A stretch of 64,000 bases of DNA from Candidatus Nomurabacteria bacterium (GTDB lineage: Bacteria; Patescibacteriota; Minisyncoccia; Phycocordibacterales; UBA9973): NCBI GenBank assembly GCA_963842815.1, contig CAWJHU010000001.1:12866-76865 (forward strand). Reading direction: 5' to 3'. The notes beneath the pieces were generated by a model. That model had not been told where the DNA came from and did not search any database. It saw only the letters and a program-made list of their open reading frames with translations. The position numbers were made by a program, and so were the translations under genes. Positions 56,209 to 64,000 of this stretch are shown piece by piece; positions within the stretch are counted from its first letter, which is position 1, and the number at the start of each line of letters is the position of its first letter.

Positions 56209-56345
56209 ATAAAATAAGGTCTATTTATAGGTGATATCTTGTGTTTTTTCTTAAAACTTAATAAAAATCTTAAGGAGAAACACAGATCAAACCTAACTCT
56301 CTAGACCTTTACATACTAACAAAAAAGACTTAAAGAGTCAACTTC

Positions 56346-56921
56346 TTATTTCTTCTTTTTCTCTTTTATATCTTCTTCTTTTTTGAAAGGAATACCAATG
56401 AGTTCAAAGAAAGTTTTGCCTTCTTTTTTATTTTTCGCTGTAGAAACAAGAGTGATGGCAAGCCCAAAAACATCTCGGATGTCTTCGTCAGCGGTTTCCG
56501 GAAAGATAGTGTGCTCTTTGATGCCGATGGTCAGATTGCCGATATTGTCCACTGCTCCGGGATTAATTCCGCGGAAGTCTTTGGTGCGAGGAAGCGCCAC
56601 GTTGATAAGCTTTTCCAAAAAGGCATACATTCTTTTTCCGCGCATTGTGACCACAACTCCGATCGGGTCCCCTTGGCGAATTTTAAAGGATGCGATGGAT
56701 TGTTTGGCGCCCCTCAGAGCTCCTTTCTGGCCGGTGATTTTTGCCAAGCGTTCTCCGATGGCATCATTTTTATTTTTATCTTTTTTTATGGCCGTTCCGG
56801 TACCGACATTCAATACGACTTTCACCATTTTGGGCGCAGCCATTGCATTTTTATAATGAAATGTGCTTTTCATTTTTTCAAAACTTTCTATTTCTTTTTC
56901 TTTTACGGTTAAATGTTTCAT
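56346..56921 (-). CDS. rplE: Ribosomal protein L5
   Basis: 'NAMAAPKMVKVVLNVGTG'. Confidence 0.9.
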   Translation of the reverse strand: MKHLTVKEKEIESFEKMKSTFHYKNAMAAPKMVKVVLNVGTGTAIKKDKNKNDAIGERLAKITGQKGALRGAKQSIASFKIRQGDPIGVVVTMRGKRMYAFLEKLINVALPRTKDFRGINPGAVDNIGNLTIGIKEHTIFPETADEDIRDVFGLAITLVSTAKNKKEGKTFFELIGIPFKKEEDIKEKKKK

Positions 56922-56930
56922 ATATAAAAA

Positions 56931-57236
56931 TTAAATTTCTTGTCCGCTTTTTTTGGTAATCCTAACCATTTTGCCACCAACTTCTTTTTTCCCCAGACGA
57001 GTTCCATGGCCTGTTTTTGGGTCCACAATCATAACATTGGAAACATGCAGAGGCATCGGAATATCTATCTTGGAACCTTTTTCTCCGGATTTTCTCGGGC
57101 GCTGGTGTTTTTTCATCATATTGATACCTTCCACCACCACTTTATTTTTATCAACAAAAACAGCCACAATTTTGCCCTTTTTGCCTTTGTCTTTCCCAGC
57201 TATCACTATTACATTGTCTCCTTTTTTTAATTTCAT
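56931..57236 (-). CDS. rplX: Ribosomal protein L24
   Basis: 'MKLKKGDNVIVIAGKDKGKKGKIV' KOW motif. Confidence 0.9.
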   Translation of the reverse strand: MKLKKGDNVIVIAGKDKGKKGKIVAVFVDKNKVVVEGINMMKKHQRPRKSGEKGSKIDIPMPLHVSNVMIVDPKTGHGTRLGKKEVGGKMVRITKKSGQEI

Positions 57237-57245
57237 AAATTTTAT

Positions 57246-57617
57246 TTAAATTACTTCCGGCGCCAAAGAAATTATTTTTTGAAATCCTTTTTCGGCAAGT
57301 TCTCTGGGCATCGGTCCGAAGACACGTCCGGCTTTCGGATCAAGCTTTCCTTTTTCCAACAAAACCACCGCATTGTCGTCAAAACGAATATATGAACCGT
57401 CTTTTCTCCTGTATGCGTTTCTGGTACGAACCACCACAGCCTGATGCACGTCTTTTTTCTTTACCAATTTTCTGGGACTGGCAACTTTTACGGAAATAAT
57501 AACCAAATCGCCCAAAGTGGCGTATCTCTTTTTGGAACTGCCCAAAATCTTGAACACTTTTCCTATGGTGCCTCCCGCATTGTCCGTTATTTTTACTAAT
57601 GTTTCTGTTTGAATCAT
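57246..57617 (-). CDS. rplN: Ribosomal protein L14
   Basis: 'MIQTETLVKITDNAGG'. Confidence 0.9.
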   Translation of the reverse strand: MIQTETLVKITDNAGGTIGKVFKILGSSKKRYATLGDLVIISVKVASPRKLVKKKDVHQAVVVRTRNAYRRKDGSYIRFDDNAVVLLEKGKLDPKAGRVFGPMPRELAEKGFQKIISLAPEVI

Positions 57618-57626
57618 ACAATTATA

Positions 57627-57890
57627 TTAATTATAAACTACTTTAAATTTCTTATCTTTTGAAATGGGCCTGGTTTCTATTATTTCCACTTTGTCTCCTG
57701 TTTTGCATCTGTTTTCTTCGTCATGGGCTTTGTATTTCTTATTTATTTTATAAAACTTCCCGTATTTTGGATGCTTCACAAATCGTGAAACGGAAACCAC
57801 TACGGTTTTATCCATTTTATCCGAAACAACTACTCCCTTCAGAAAGGCACCGTTATTTTCCGTTATTTCTTTTTCAGTTTTCGTTTTCAT
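57627..57890 (-). CDS. rpsQ: Ribosomal protein S17
   Basis: 87 aa, OB-fold S17 pattern. Confidence 0.85.
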   Translation of the reverse strand: MKTKTEKEITENNGAFLKGVVVSDKMDKTVVVSVSRFVKHPKYGKFYKINKKYKAHDEENRCKTGDKVEIIETRPISKDKKFKVVYN

Positions 57891-57892
57891 TT

Positions 57893-58096
57893 TTAATTTT
57901 TACGATTTATTTCTGTTAAAACTCTGGCTACTTGTTTTCTTAAATTTGCGGATTCTTTGACATTTTTTGATTTTGAGCCTTCTGCCTTAAATCGTAAAAT
58001 TCTTATACTTTCCTCCAAATTAATAAGCCTTGCTTTTAGCTCATCTTTTTTCATTCTCTTTAAATCTTCACTTGTTTCTTTTTTTGTTTTAGCCAT
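57893..58096 (-). CDS. rpmC: Ribosomal protein L29
   Basis: '[38 protein letters not shown]'. Confidence 0.85.
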   Translation of the reverse strand: MAKTKKETSEDLKRMKKDELKARLINLEESIRILRFKAEGSKSKNVKESANLRKQVARVLTEINRKN

Positions 58097-58100
58097 ATGA

Positions 58101-58529
58101 TTATATATTATGAACTCTGGAAACAACTCTCGTCTTTACCGGAAGTTTCGTCCCGGCTTTTCTCAGAGCTTCATGGGCTACTTCTTTTTCCACGCCATCT
58201 ACTTCAAAAATAATACGTCCCGGATAAACGTCAAAACAATATCCCTGCGGGTCTCCTTTCCCTTTCCCCATTCCCATTTCTGCGGCCTTAGCGGTAAAAG
58301 GCCTGTCCGGAAAAATGCGAACCCAATATTTTCCAGCCTTGGTTAAAGTACGGGATATTACTTTTCTGGCAGATTCAATCTGATTTGATTTAACGCGGGC
58401 CTGAGTCAGAGCTTTGAGTCCATAAGAACCGAAGGAAAGTTTTGTTCCGCGAGTTTCCGGCGTGGTAGCCTTTGGATTGCTCCGCCCCGTCTGCCATTTT
58501 CTAAATTTTACTTTTTTGGGAATTAACAT
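58101..58529 (-). CDS. rplP: Ribosomal protein L16
   Basis: 'MLIPKKVKFRKWQTGR'. Confidence 0.9.
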   Translation of the reverse strand: MLIPKKVKFRKWQTGRSNPKATTPETRGTKLSFGSYGLKALTQARVKSNQIESARKVISRTLTKAGKYWVRIFPDRPFTAKAAEMGMGKGKGDPQGYCFDVYPGRIIFEVDGVEKEVAHEALRKAGTKLPVKTRVVSRVHNI

Positions 58530-58535
58530 ATAATT

Positions 58536-59213
58536 TTATGTGGAACGGGCAACTTTCTTATCCGCGAATATTTTGCCGCGATAAATCCAGACCTTTATAC
58601 CCACATCGCCATAGGGCAAATGCGCTTTTTCCCTTTTAAAATCAATATCTGCACGGAAAGTTTGAAACGGAATAGATCCTCGTTTTAATTCTTCTGTTCT
58701 GGCAATTTCCGCTCCTCCTAAACGACCGGACAAAACTATTCTCACTCCTTCTACCCCATGGGCCGTCATCACTTTTTCAATCATTTGTTTTATCACTCGA
58801 CGATAGGGTAATCTTTTTTCCAATCCTTCGGCAACCATATAGGCAACAATGGAAGCATCCGCTTCCGGATTTCCCACTTCCACTATTTCAAGTTTAAAAT
58901 CTTCCGGTTTTGTTAATTTTAATTTAGCAATCTTTTTTAAAATATCTTCCTTAAGTTTTGTCACTCCTTCTCCGTTGCGACCGATGATAAGGCCAGGGCG
59001 AGAGGTGTGAATAATAAAACGAGTTGTTTTTTGGTTTCTTTCAATTTCAATGGAAGAGATATACATACCGCGTAATTTTTTTTCCAAGTATTCGCGTATC
59101 AAAACATCTCTTTTTAAATAATCACAATATTTTTTGGGATCGGCAAACCAATGGGATTTCCAATCTCTTAATATTATCAACCTATGCGCATATGGATGGA
59201 CTATTTTTGACAT
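58536..59213 (-). CDS. rpsC: Ribosomal protein S3
   Basis: KH domain, 225 aa. Confidence 0.9.
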   Translation of the reverse strand: MSKIVHPYAHRLIILRDWKSHWFADPKKYCDYLKRDVLIREYLEKKLRGMYISSIEIERNQKTTRFIIHTSRPGLIIGRNGEGVTKLKEDILKKIAKLKLTKPEDFKLEIVEVGNPEADASIVAYMVAEGLEKRLPYRRVIKQMIEKVMTAHGVEGVRIVLSGRLGGAEIARTEELKRGSIPFQTFRADIDFKREKAHLPYGDVGIKVWIYRGKIFADKKVARST

Positions 59214-59217
59214 AAAA

Positions 59218-59622
59218 TTATTTTATTTTCTTTTTCACTACTTTTGATTTTAAAACTTTAACACTTTTGGTTATTTTATTACTTTTTTTAACAGATTGTG
59301 TTTTTTCAGCTAAAACAAGGGTCAAATGACTGGTACGTTTGTTTATCCTATGCCCCGTGCCCATGGCCGCTGGCATCATTCTTTTCATGACAATTCCTTT
59401 GTCCACTCGCAATTCTTTGATAAATAAATTTTCTTTTTCTATTCCCATTTGTTTAGCATTGGCCACTGCCGAAAGCAAAAGTTTTTTAATCGGAACTCCT
59501 GCCCGTTTGGCCAAAAAATCCAGCCGAGCAATGGCTTCCTCCACACTTTTCCCTTTAATCAGTTCGGCAACTAAGCGAACTTTTCTGGGAGCCTGTCTGT
59601 AATTTTTTAAAAATGCTTTCAT
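59218..59622 (-). CDS. rplV: Ribosomal protein L22
   Basis: 134 aa. Confidence 0.85.
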   Translation of the reverse strand: MKAFLKNYRQAPRKVRLVAELIKGKSVEEAIARLDFLAKRAGVPIKKLLLSAVANAKQMGIEKENLFIKELRVDKGIVMKRMMPAAMGTGHRINKRTSHLTLVLAEKTQSVKKSNKITKSVKVLKSKVVKKKIK

Positions 59623-59646
59623 AGTTTTGTGACGTTAAGCTCGTAG

Positions 59647-59997
59647 TTATTTTTTAGTGGTGGCTGCAGCCGCGGCTTCGGTAGCGGATTTAGCTTGGGT
59701 TATTTCGGCTTCTTTTTTCTTTTGTTCAAGTTCTTTTTGCATTTTTCCGCCGTGTTTTATAAATTTCTTGGTTGGAGAAAATTCTCCCAATCTGTGGCCA
59801 ACCATATCTTCGGTCACCAAAACTTCAACATGAGTTTTACCATTATGAACACCGAAGGTGAAACCCACCATTTCGGGCGCAATCTGACAGGCTCTCTTCC
59901 AGGTCTTGATCATTGGAGTCTGAAGCGGGTTTTTACCGGCTATTTTTTCCAATAGCCTTTCGTCTACATTTAAACCTTTTTTGATTGATCTTGTCAT
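59647..59997 (-). CDS. rpsS: Ribosomal protein S19 with an Ala/Lys-rich C-terminal extension
   Basis: 'GFTFGVHNGKTHVEVLVTEDMVGHRLGEFSPT'. Confidence 0.9.
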   Translation of the reverse strand: MTRSIKKGLNVDERLLEKIAGKNPLQTPMIKTWKRACQIAPEMVGFTFGVHNGKTHVEVLVTEDMVGHRLGEFSPTKKFIKHGGKMQKELEQKKKEAEITQAKSATEAAAAATTKK

Positions 59998-60059
59998 AAC
60001 AAAAAGCTCCTAACGAGCTTGTTTTTATAATAGCAAAATACAAAATAAAGTCAAATAAA

Positions 60060-60092
60060 TATTAAAAAACGCCCCTAGGGCGTTTTTTTGAT
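60060..60092. terminator. Hairpin + T-run between rplB and rpsS (aaaaacgcccctagggcgttttttt)
   Basis: Perfect palindrome acgccc-ctag-gggcgt flanked by A and T runs, inside the S10 operon. It may act as an attenuator. Confidence 0.5.
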
Positions 60093-60943
60093 TAGGCTTG
60101 AGATTTTCTGGATTTTCCGGTCTTGCGACGGGAAACCATAAACACATTTGAATATTTTTTAGGATGCCTGGTCTTTCTTCCACCGGTAACTTTACCCCAC
60201 ATGGTCTTGGGGCGTTTGGTTCCACGGCCTTGTCTGCCTTCACCTCCTCCATAGGGATGGTCTACCGGATTCATGGCTGTCCCTCGCACTTTCGGACGAA
60301 TTCCTTTCCAGCGAGAACGCCCTGCTTTGCCATAATTTTCCAAATGATGTTCTTCATTGGAAACTGTCCCGATGGATGCCCAACAATTTTCATCTATCTT
60401 GCGAACTTCGGACGATGGCATTTTTAAATTTGTATAGCCGTCGGCATTGGCCACCACCTGGGCAAAAATTCCCGCGGAACGGCCAATCTTTGCGCCTCCT
60501 TTAGGTTTGATTTCAATATTGTAAACAAAAGTTCCGACCGGAATATTTCTGAGCGGCAATCTGTTGCCTGGATTGAGTTCTGCTTTTTCTGACACCACAA
60601 ATGACATTCCGGGTTTTGTGGATTTTGGAATTACCACATATCTTTTTTCTCCATCCTTGTAAACAACCAATCCGATAAAAGCGCTGCGGTTTGGGTCGTA
60701 TTCAATGGATTTTATTTTGGCTGGAATATCTTTTTTGTCATATAAAAAATCAACATCGCGGTAAAGACGCTTGTGTCCGCTACCTTTGTGTCGCATGGTG
60801 ATGCGTCCGGCGCTATTCCTTCCCACAGAACGCCTGAAACCGTAGGTGAGAGATTTGGTCGGGGTGGAGGCAGTCAAAAACTCACGATAATTGATATTCG
60901 TCATCTGTCTTCTTGATTTGCTTGTGGGTTTGTATGATTTCAT
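60092..60943 (-). CDS. rplB: Ribosomal protein L2
   Basis: 283 aa with the 'GGGEGRQGRG...' C-terminus. Confidence 0.9.
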   Translation of the reverse strand: MKSYKPTSKSRRQMTNINYREFLTASTPTKSLTYGFRRSVGRNSAGRITMRHKGSGHKRLYRDVDFLYDKKDIPAKIKSIEYDPNRSAFIGLVVYKDGEKRYVVIPKSTKPGMSFVVSEKAELNPGNRLPLRNIPVGTFVYNIEIKPKGGAKIGRSAGIFAQVVANADGYTNLKMPSSEVRKIDENCWASIGTVSNEEHHLENYGKAGRSRWKGIRPKVRGTAMNPVDHPYGGGEGRQGRGTKRPKTMWGKVTGGRKTRHPKKYSNVFMVSRRKTGKSRKSQA

Positions 60944-60947
60944 TGTT

Positions 60948-61250
60948 TTAAATAAATTCTATTTTGTCTTCCTTTTTTAAATAAACAATTGCTTTCTTGC
61001 CTCCGCCCCTCACTCCCTTTTTACCTTTGGACATAATATTTTTATGCGGGACTGAAAGTACGTTTATCCTTACAGGTTTTACTTTATAAAGAGCAAAAAT
61101 CGCTTTTTCTATTTCTTTTTTATTGGCTGACGGAGCTACGTTAAAAACGTAAACATTCTGCGCGGTTGCGTCGGTTGCTTTTTCGGTCACTCTCGGATTT
61201 TTAATTGTTTTTAATATTATGTCTGCCATATTATTTATACTTCCCCTCAC
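60948..61250 (-). CDS. rplW: Ribosomal protein L23
   Basis: 100 aa. Confidence 0.85.
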   Translation of the reverse strand: MRGSINNMADIILKTIKNPRVTEKATDATAQNVYVFNVAPSANKKEIEKAIFALYKVKPVRINVLSVPHKNIMSKGKKGVRGGGKKAIVYLKKEDKIEFI

Positions 61251-61270
61251 CCAGGGTCAGGAATGTTATT

Positions 61271-61930
61271 TTACCCTCGTGACTCTAAAAATTTTACACT
61301 CTCCTCCGGATTTTCTATTAAAAGATATTGATAACTCAAAACATCCAATGGATTTATATTTTTAAGAAAGACTATTTCAAGCTGAGGCAAATTTCTGAAA
61401 CTCTTTTCTGTTTTTTCGCTTCGTTCAGACAAAGCAACCAGTACTCTCGGCTTTTTTGAACTAGCCAATGGTTTAAAACCGGAAGCCTTGGAAAGATTTT
61501 TCATAACTTCCAGCGCTTTTTTTGTTTTTGTTTCGGATAAAGAAAGCGAGTCAACAAAAAGTATTTCATTATCTTTCATTTTTTTGGAAAGCACGGAAAA
61601 AAGAGCTTGGGCGCGCATTTTCTTTGAAATTTTTCTTTTGTAATTCTTGTCGGAAAGCGGACCATGAGTAACCCCTCCGCCAACCCAGATGGGAGAACGA
61701 GTGGACCCGTGACGAGCTCGACCGGTTCCCTTTTGTTTCCAGGGTTTCTTGCCTCCGCCAGAAACTTCGCTACGGTCTTTGGTGTCGGCAGTGCCGGCGC
61801 GTTTGTTGGAACGCATTCCTTCCACCACCTGGTGCACCAAATCAGCGCGCCATTTGGCGGCAAAAACTTTTACGGGCAAATTGATTGTTCCTGCGCTTGT
61901 TCCTTTTTGGTTGTATATTTTTGCTTCCAT
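61271..61930 (-). CDS. rplD: Ribosomal protein L4
   Basis: 219 aa. Confidence 0.85.
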   Translation of the reverse strand: MEAKIYNQKGTSAGTINLPVKVFAAKWRADLVHQVVEGMRSNKRAGTADTKDRSEVSGGGKKPWKQKGTGRARHGSTRSPIWVGGGVTHGPLSDKNYKRKISKKMRAQALFSVLSKKMKDNEILFVDSLSLSETKTKKALEVMKNLSKASGFKPLASSKKPRVLVALSERSEKTEKSFRNLPQLEIVFLKNINPLDVLSYQYLLIENPEESVKFLESRG

Positions 61931-61953
61931 TTTTTTAATATTTTTTATGAATT

Positions 61954-62568
61954 TTATCGGCTTATCATTTCCACCAAGCTTCCTCGTCTGCCTGTTATCG
62001 CCCCCTTTACAAGAATCGTATTATTTTCTTTGTCTATAAAAACAACTTTTAAATTCTTCTGAGTAATACGGTCTCCACCCATTCTTCCGGCCATTCTCAT
62101 CCCCCTCGGCACATGGGTTCGCAAACCTCCGCCAATGGAACCCGGCTCTCTTTCGGAATGTTTTTGTCCATGTGAACGAGGACCTCCGGAAAAGCCGTGG
62201 CGCTTTACAACTCCCTGAAACCCTTTACCTTTGGAGATACTTGAAACCTGAAGTTTGTCGCCTATGGAAAAGGTTGAAACGTCTATAACATCTCCTTCTT
62301 TGGCTTCATTTTTATCTGTCGGTTTCAATCTGAATTCTTTAAGAGTTTGATAAAAACCTCCTTTCATGGCACCTTTCGCTCCTTTGGTGATTCTGTGTTC
62401 TTTTTGTACTCCAAAACCAACCTGTACGGCATTGTAACCATCTTTTGATTTTTCAAAAACCTTGGTTACGGTTATCGGTCCCGCAGAAACAATAGTTACC
62501 GGAAAAACCTGCCCCTCCGGGGAAAAGTACTCAGTCATATTTTCTTTTTTTCCAAGAATGAATTTCAT
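61954..62568 (-). CDS. rplC: Ribosomal protein L3
   Basis: 204 aa. Confidence 0.9.
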   Translation of the reverse strand: MKFILGKKENMTEYFSPEGQVFPVTIVSAGPITVTKVFEKSKDGYNAVQVGFGVQKEHRITKGAKGAMKGGFYQTLKEFRLKPTDKNEAKEGDVIDVSTFSIGDKLQVSSISKGKGFQGVVKRHGFSGGPRSHGQKHSEREPGSIGGGLRTHVPRGMRMAGRMGGDRITQKNLKVVFIDKENNTILVKGAITGRRGSLVEMISR

Positions 62569-62586
62569 AAAACTATTTAACTGCGA

Positions 62587-63009
62587 TTAAAGCATCTTTA
62601 CATCAATATCCACTCCCGAAGGAAGAGATAAATTGGTAAGCGCTTCAACCGTTTTCGCGTTCGGGTTTATAATATCAATCAATCTTTTATGCACCCTTAT
62701 CTCAAATTGTTCTCGTGTATTTTTGTAGATGAAAGATGCGCGATTAACCGTGTATTTTTTAATTTCCGTCGGCAATGGTATCGGTCCAACAATCTCTGCA
62801 TCGTAACGCATAGCCGTATCTATGATTTGCTTAACCGAAGCATCTAAAATTTTGCTTTCATATGCGCGAACTCGGATACGAAGAATTACCTTGCTTTCTT
62901 CTTTTTTTTCTTTTGAAGAAACTTTGGAAATTTTGGGCGTTTTCACGGCTTTCACTGCTGCAGTTTTCACCGCTTTAGGCTTTTTTGTTTTTATTTCTTT
63001 AGTTGCCAT
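62587..63009 (-). CDS. rpsJ: Ribosomal protein S10 with a ~35-aa Lys-rich N-terminal extension
   Basis: Core 'ILRIRVRAYESKILD...', preceded by a KKPKAVKTAAVKAVKTPK-type tail. Confidence 0.85.
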   Translation of the reverse strand: MATKEIKTKKPKAVKTAAVKAVKTPKISKVSSKEKKEESKVILRIRVRAYESKILDASVKQIIDTAMRYDAEIVGPIPLPTEIKKYTVNRASFIYKNTREQFEIRVHKRLIDIINPNAKTVEALTNLSLPSGVDIDVKML

Positions 63010-63026
63010 GCAATTTAAATATCAGA

Positions 63027-64000
63027 TTAACCCAGAATTTTTGTAACCACTCCGGCACCGACAGTCTTGCCTCCTTCACGAATAGCAAATCTCTGTGCCT
63101 CTTCCAATGCAACCGGGGTAACCAGTTTGACTGTAATTTTTACCGTATCTCCGGGCATAACCATTTCCGTTCCTTCAGCCAAAGTAACATCTCCGGTAAC
63201 ATCCGTTGTGCGAATATAAAATTGAGGTTTGTAACCTTTGAAAAATGGAGTGTGGCGTCCGCCTTCCTCTTTTTTCAAAACATAAATTTCGCAAGTAAAA
63301 TGGTCGTGCGGAGTAACTGTGCCCGGTTTTGCCAAAACTTGTCCGCGGGTAACATCTTCCTTCTTAAGACCTCGAAGCAATATTCCGGCATTGTCTCCGG
63401 CCATACCTTCTTTGAGGCTTTTGTTGAACATTTCAATACCGGTAACCACTGATTTTTGAGTTGGTTTTATCCCGACAATTTCTACTTCTTCATCAACTTT
63501 TACCACACCTCTTTCAATCTTTCCGGTTACCACCGTACCGCGTCCTTCAATGGAAAAGATGTCTTCCACCGGCATAAGGAAAGGCTTAAAAGTGTCTCGC
63601 ACCGGAATTGGAATATAAGTATCAAGAGCGTTGGTAAGTTCAAGAATTTTCTTTGCCCATTCATCATCCAAAGATTTTGATTCAAGAGCTTTGAGGGCGG
63701 AACCTCGAATAACCGGACAATCCTTGTCAAACCCTTGTTTGGCAAGCAATTCACGAATTTCTTCTTCTACCAGGTCAATCATTTCTTTATCATCAACCAT
63801 ATCGCACTTGTTTAGGAAAACGATTATCTTCGGCACGCCCACTTGCTTGGCAAGCAAAACGTGTTCCCGAGTCTGGGGCATGGCTCCATCCGTAGCGGCA
63901 ACCACCAAAATAGCGCCATCCATTTGGGCGGCACCAGTAATCATGTTTTTAATGTAATCGGCATGTCCCGGGGCGTCAATGTGCGCATAGTGGCGGGCAT
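63027..64000 (-). CDS. tuf: Elongation factor Tu (partial; N-terminus lies beyond the window end)
   Basis: GTPase domain 'HVDHGKT' context (reverse strand), with domains II and III complete. Confidence 0.9.
   Translation of the reverse strand, partial: ARHYAHIDAPGHADYIKNMITGAAQMDGAILVVAATDGAMPQTREHVLLAKQVGVPKIIVFLNKCDMVDDKEMIDLVEEEIRELLAKQGFDKDCPVIRGSALKALESKSLDDEWAKKILELTNALDTYIPIPVRDTFKPFLMPVEDIFSIEGRGTVVTGKIERGVVKVDEEVEIVGIKPTQKSVVTGIEMFNKSLKEGMAGDNAGILLRGLKKEDVTRGQVLAKPGTVTPHDHFTCEIYVLKKEEGGRHTPFFKGYKPQFYIRTTDVTGDVTLAEGTEMVMPGDTVKITVKLVTPVALEEAQRFAIREGGKTVGAGVVTKILG

Noticed and set aside
59647-60252. ORF 60025-60252 (75 aa) overlapping the rplB 3' end and spacer
   Set aside because: It has a hydrophobic, low-complexity translation and overlaps the L2 C-terminus out of frame. 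It is not credible next to the terminator-like hairpin.

Overview
This is an AT-rich bacterial window with a streamlined gene set. The S5→L15 junction has no L30 gene, the ribosomal proteins are short, a tRNA-Ile carries a UAU anticodon, and a competence-type type IV pilus locus is present. Together these point to a CPR/Patescibacteria-like genome, though that is an inference.

Main contents:
- **Pilus locus (3.2–16.9 kb, all minus strand).** pilM-N-O, pilB, pilT and pilC are followed by a 640-bp pilin cassette in perfect tandem triplication (the third copy carries a mosaic patch), a fourth pilin variant, pilD, and four pseudopilins, one of which has an internally duplicated domain. A divergent comFC-like gene sits next to it.
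- **Bounded element (about 23.2–33.6 kb).** An 8.4-kb cargo segment is framed by about 228-bp near-perfect inverted repeats. The cargo holds zur-znuABC, a LexA/CI-like repressor with a small unannotated glycine-zipper peptide gene and a DUF3892 gene, and a methyltransferase/restriction-endonuclease pair. Next to it lies a large serine recombinase gene that is itself flanked by about 95-bp inverted repeats; its 3' end reads antisense into a tRNA-Ser(GCU). A second Ser-type tRNA with an apparent ACU anticodon faces the other way. Just inside the left repeat is a GC-rich, highly structured ~440-bp region of unknown function.
- **Other genes.** recG, a SET-domain protein, tRNA-Ile(UAU), smpB with ssrA (tmRNA, unusual tag), infC-rpmI-rplT, a β-CASP RNase with a structured leader, and ndk.
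- **DUF559 cassettes.** Two DUF559 (Vsr-like) endonuclease genes each sit between GC-rich palindromic repeat elements. One element copy is inserted in-frame inside ligA.
- **Ribosomal block (51.2–64.0 kb).** tuf(partial)-S10-L3-L4-L23-L2-S19-L22-S3-L16-L29-S17-L14-L24-L5-S14-S8-L6-L18-S5-L15-secY-adk. pyrH, a hypothetical gene and a DUF559 gene are inserted before map.
- **Frame disruptions.** ligA, ftsH, glmM, rplR and a TraD-like ATPase each carry local frame disruptions, mostly at A/T runs. That pattern looks more like homopolymer sequencing error than decay, but either is possible.
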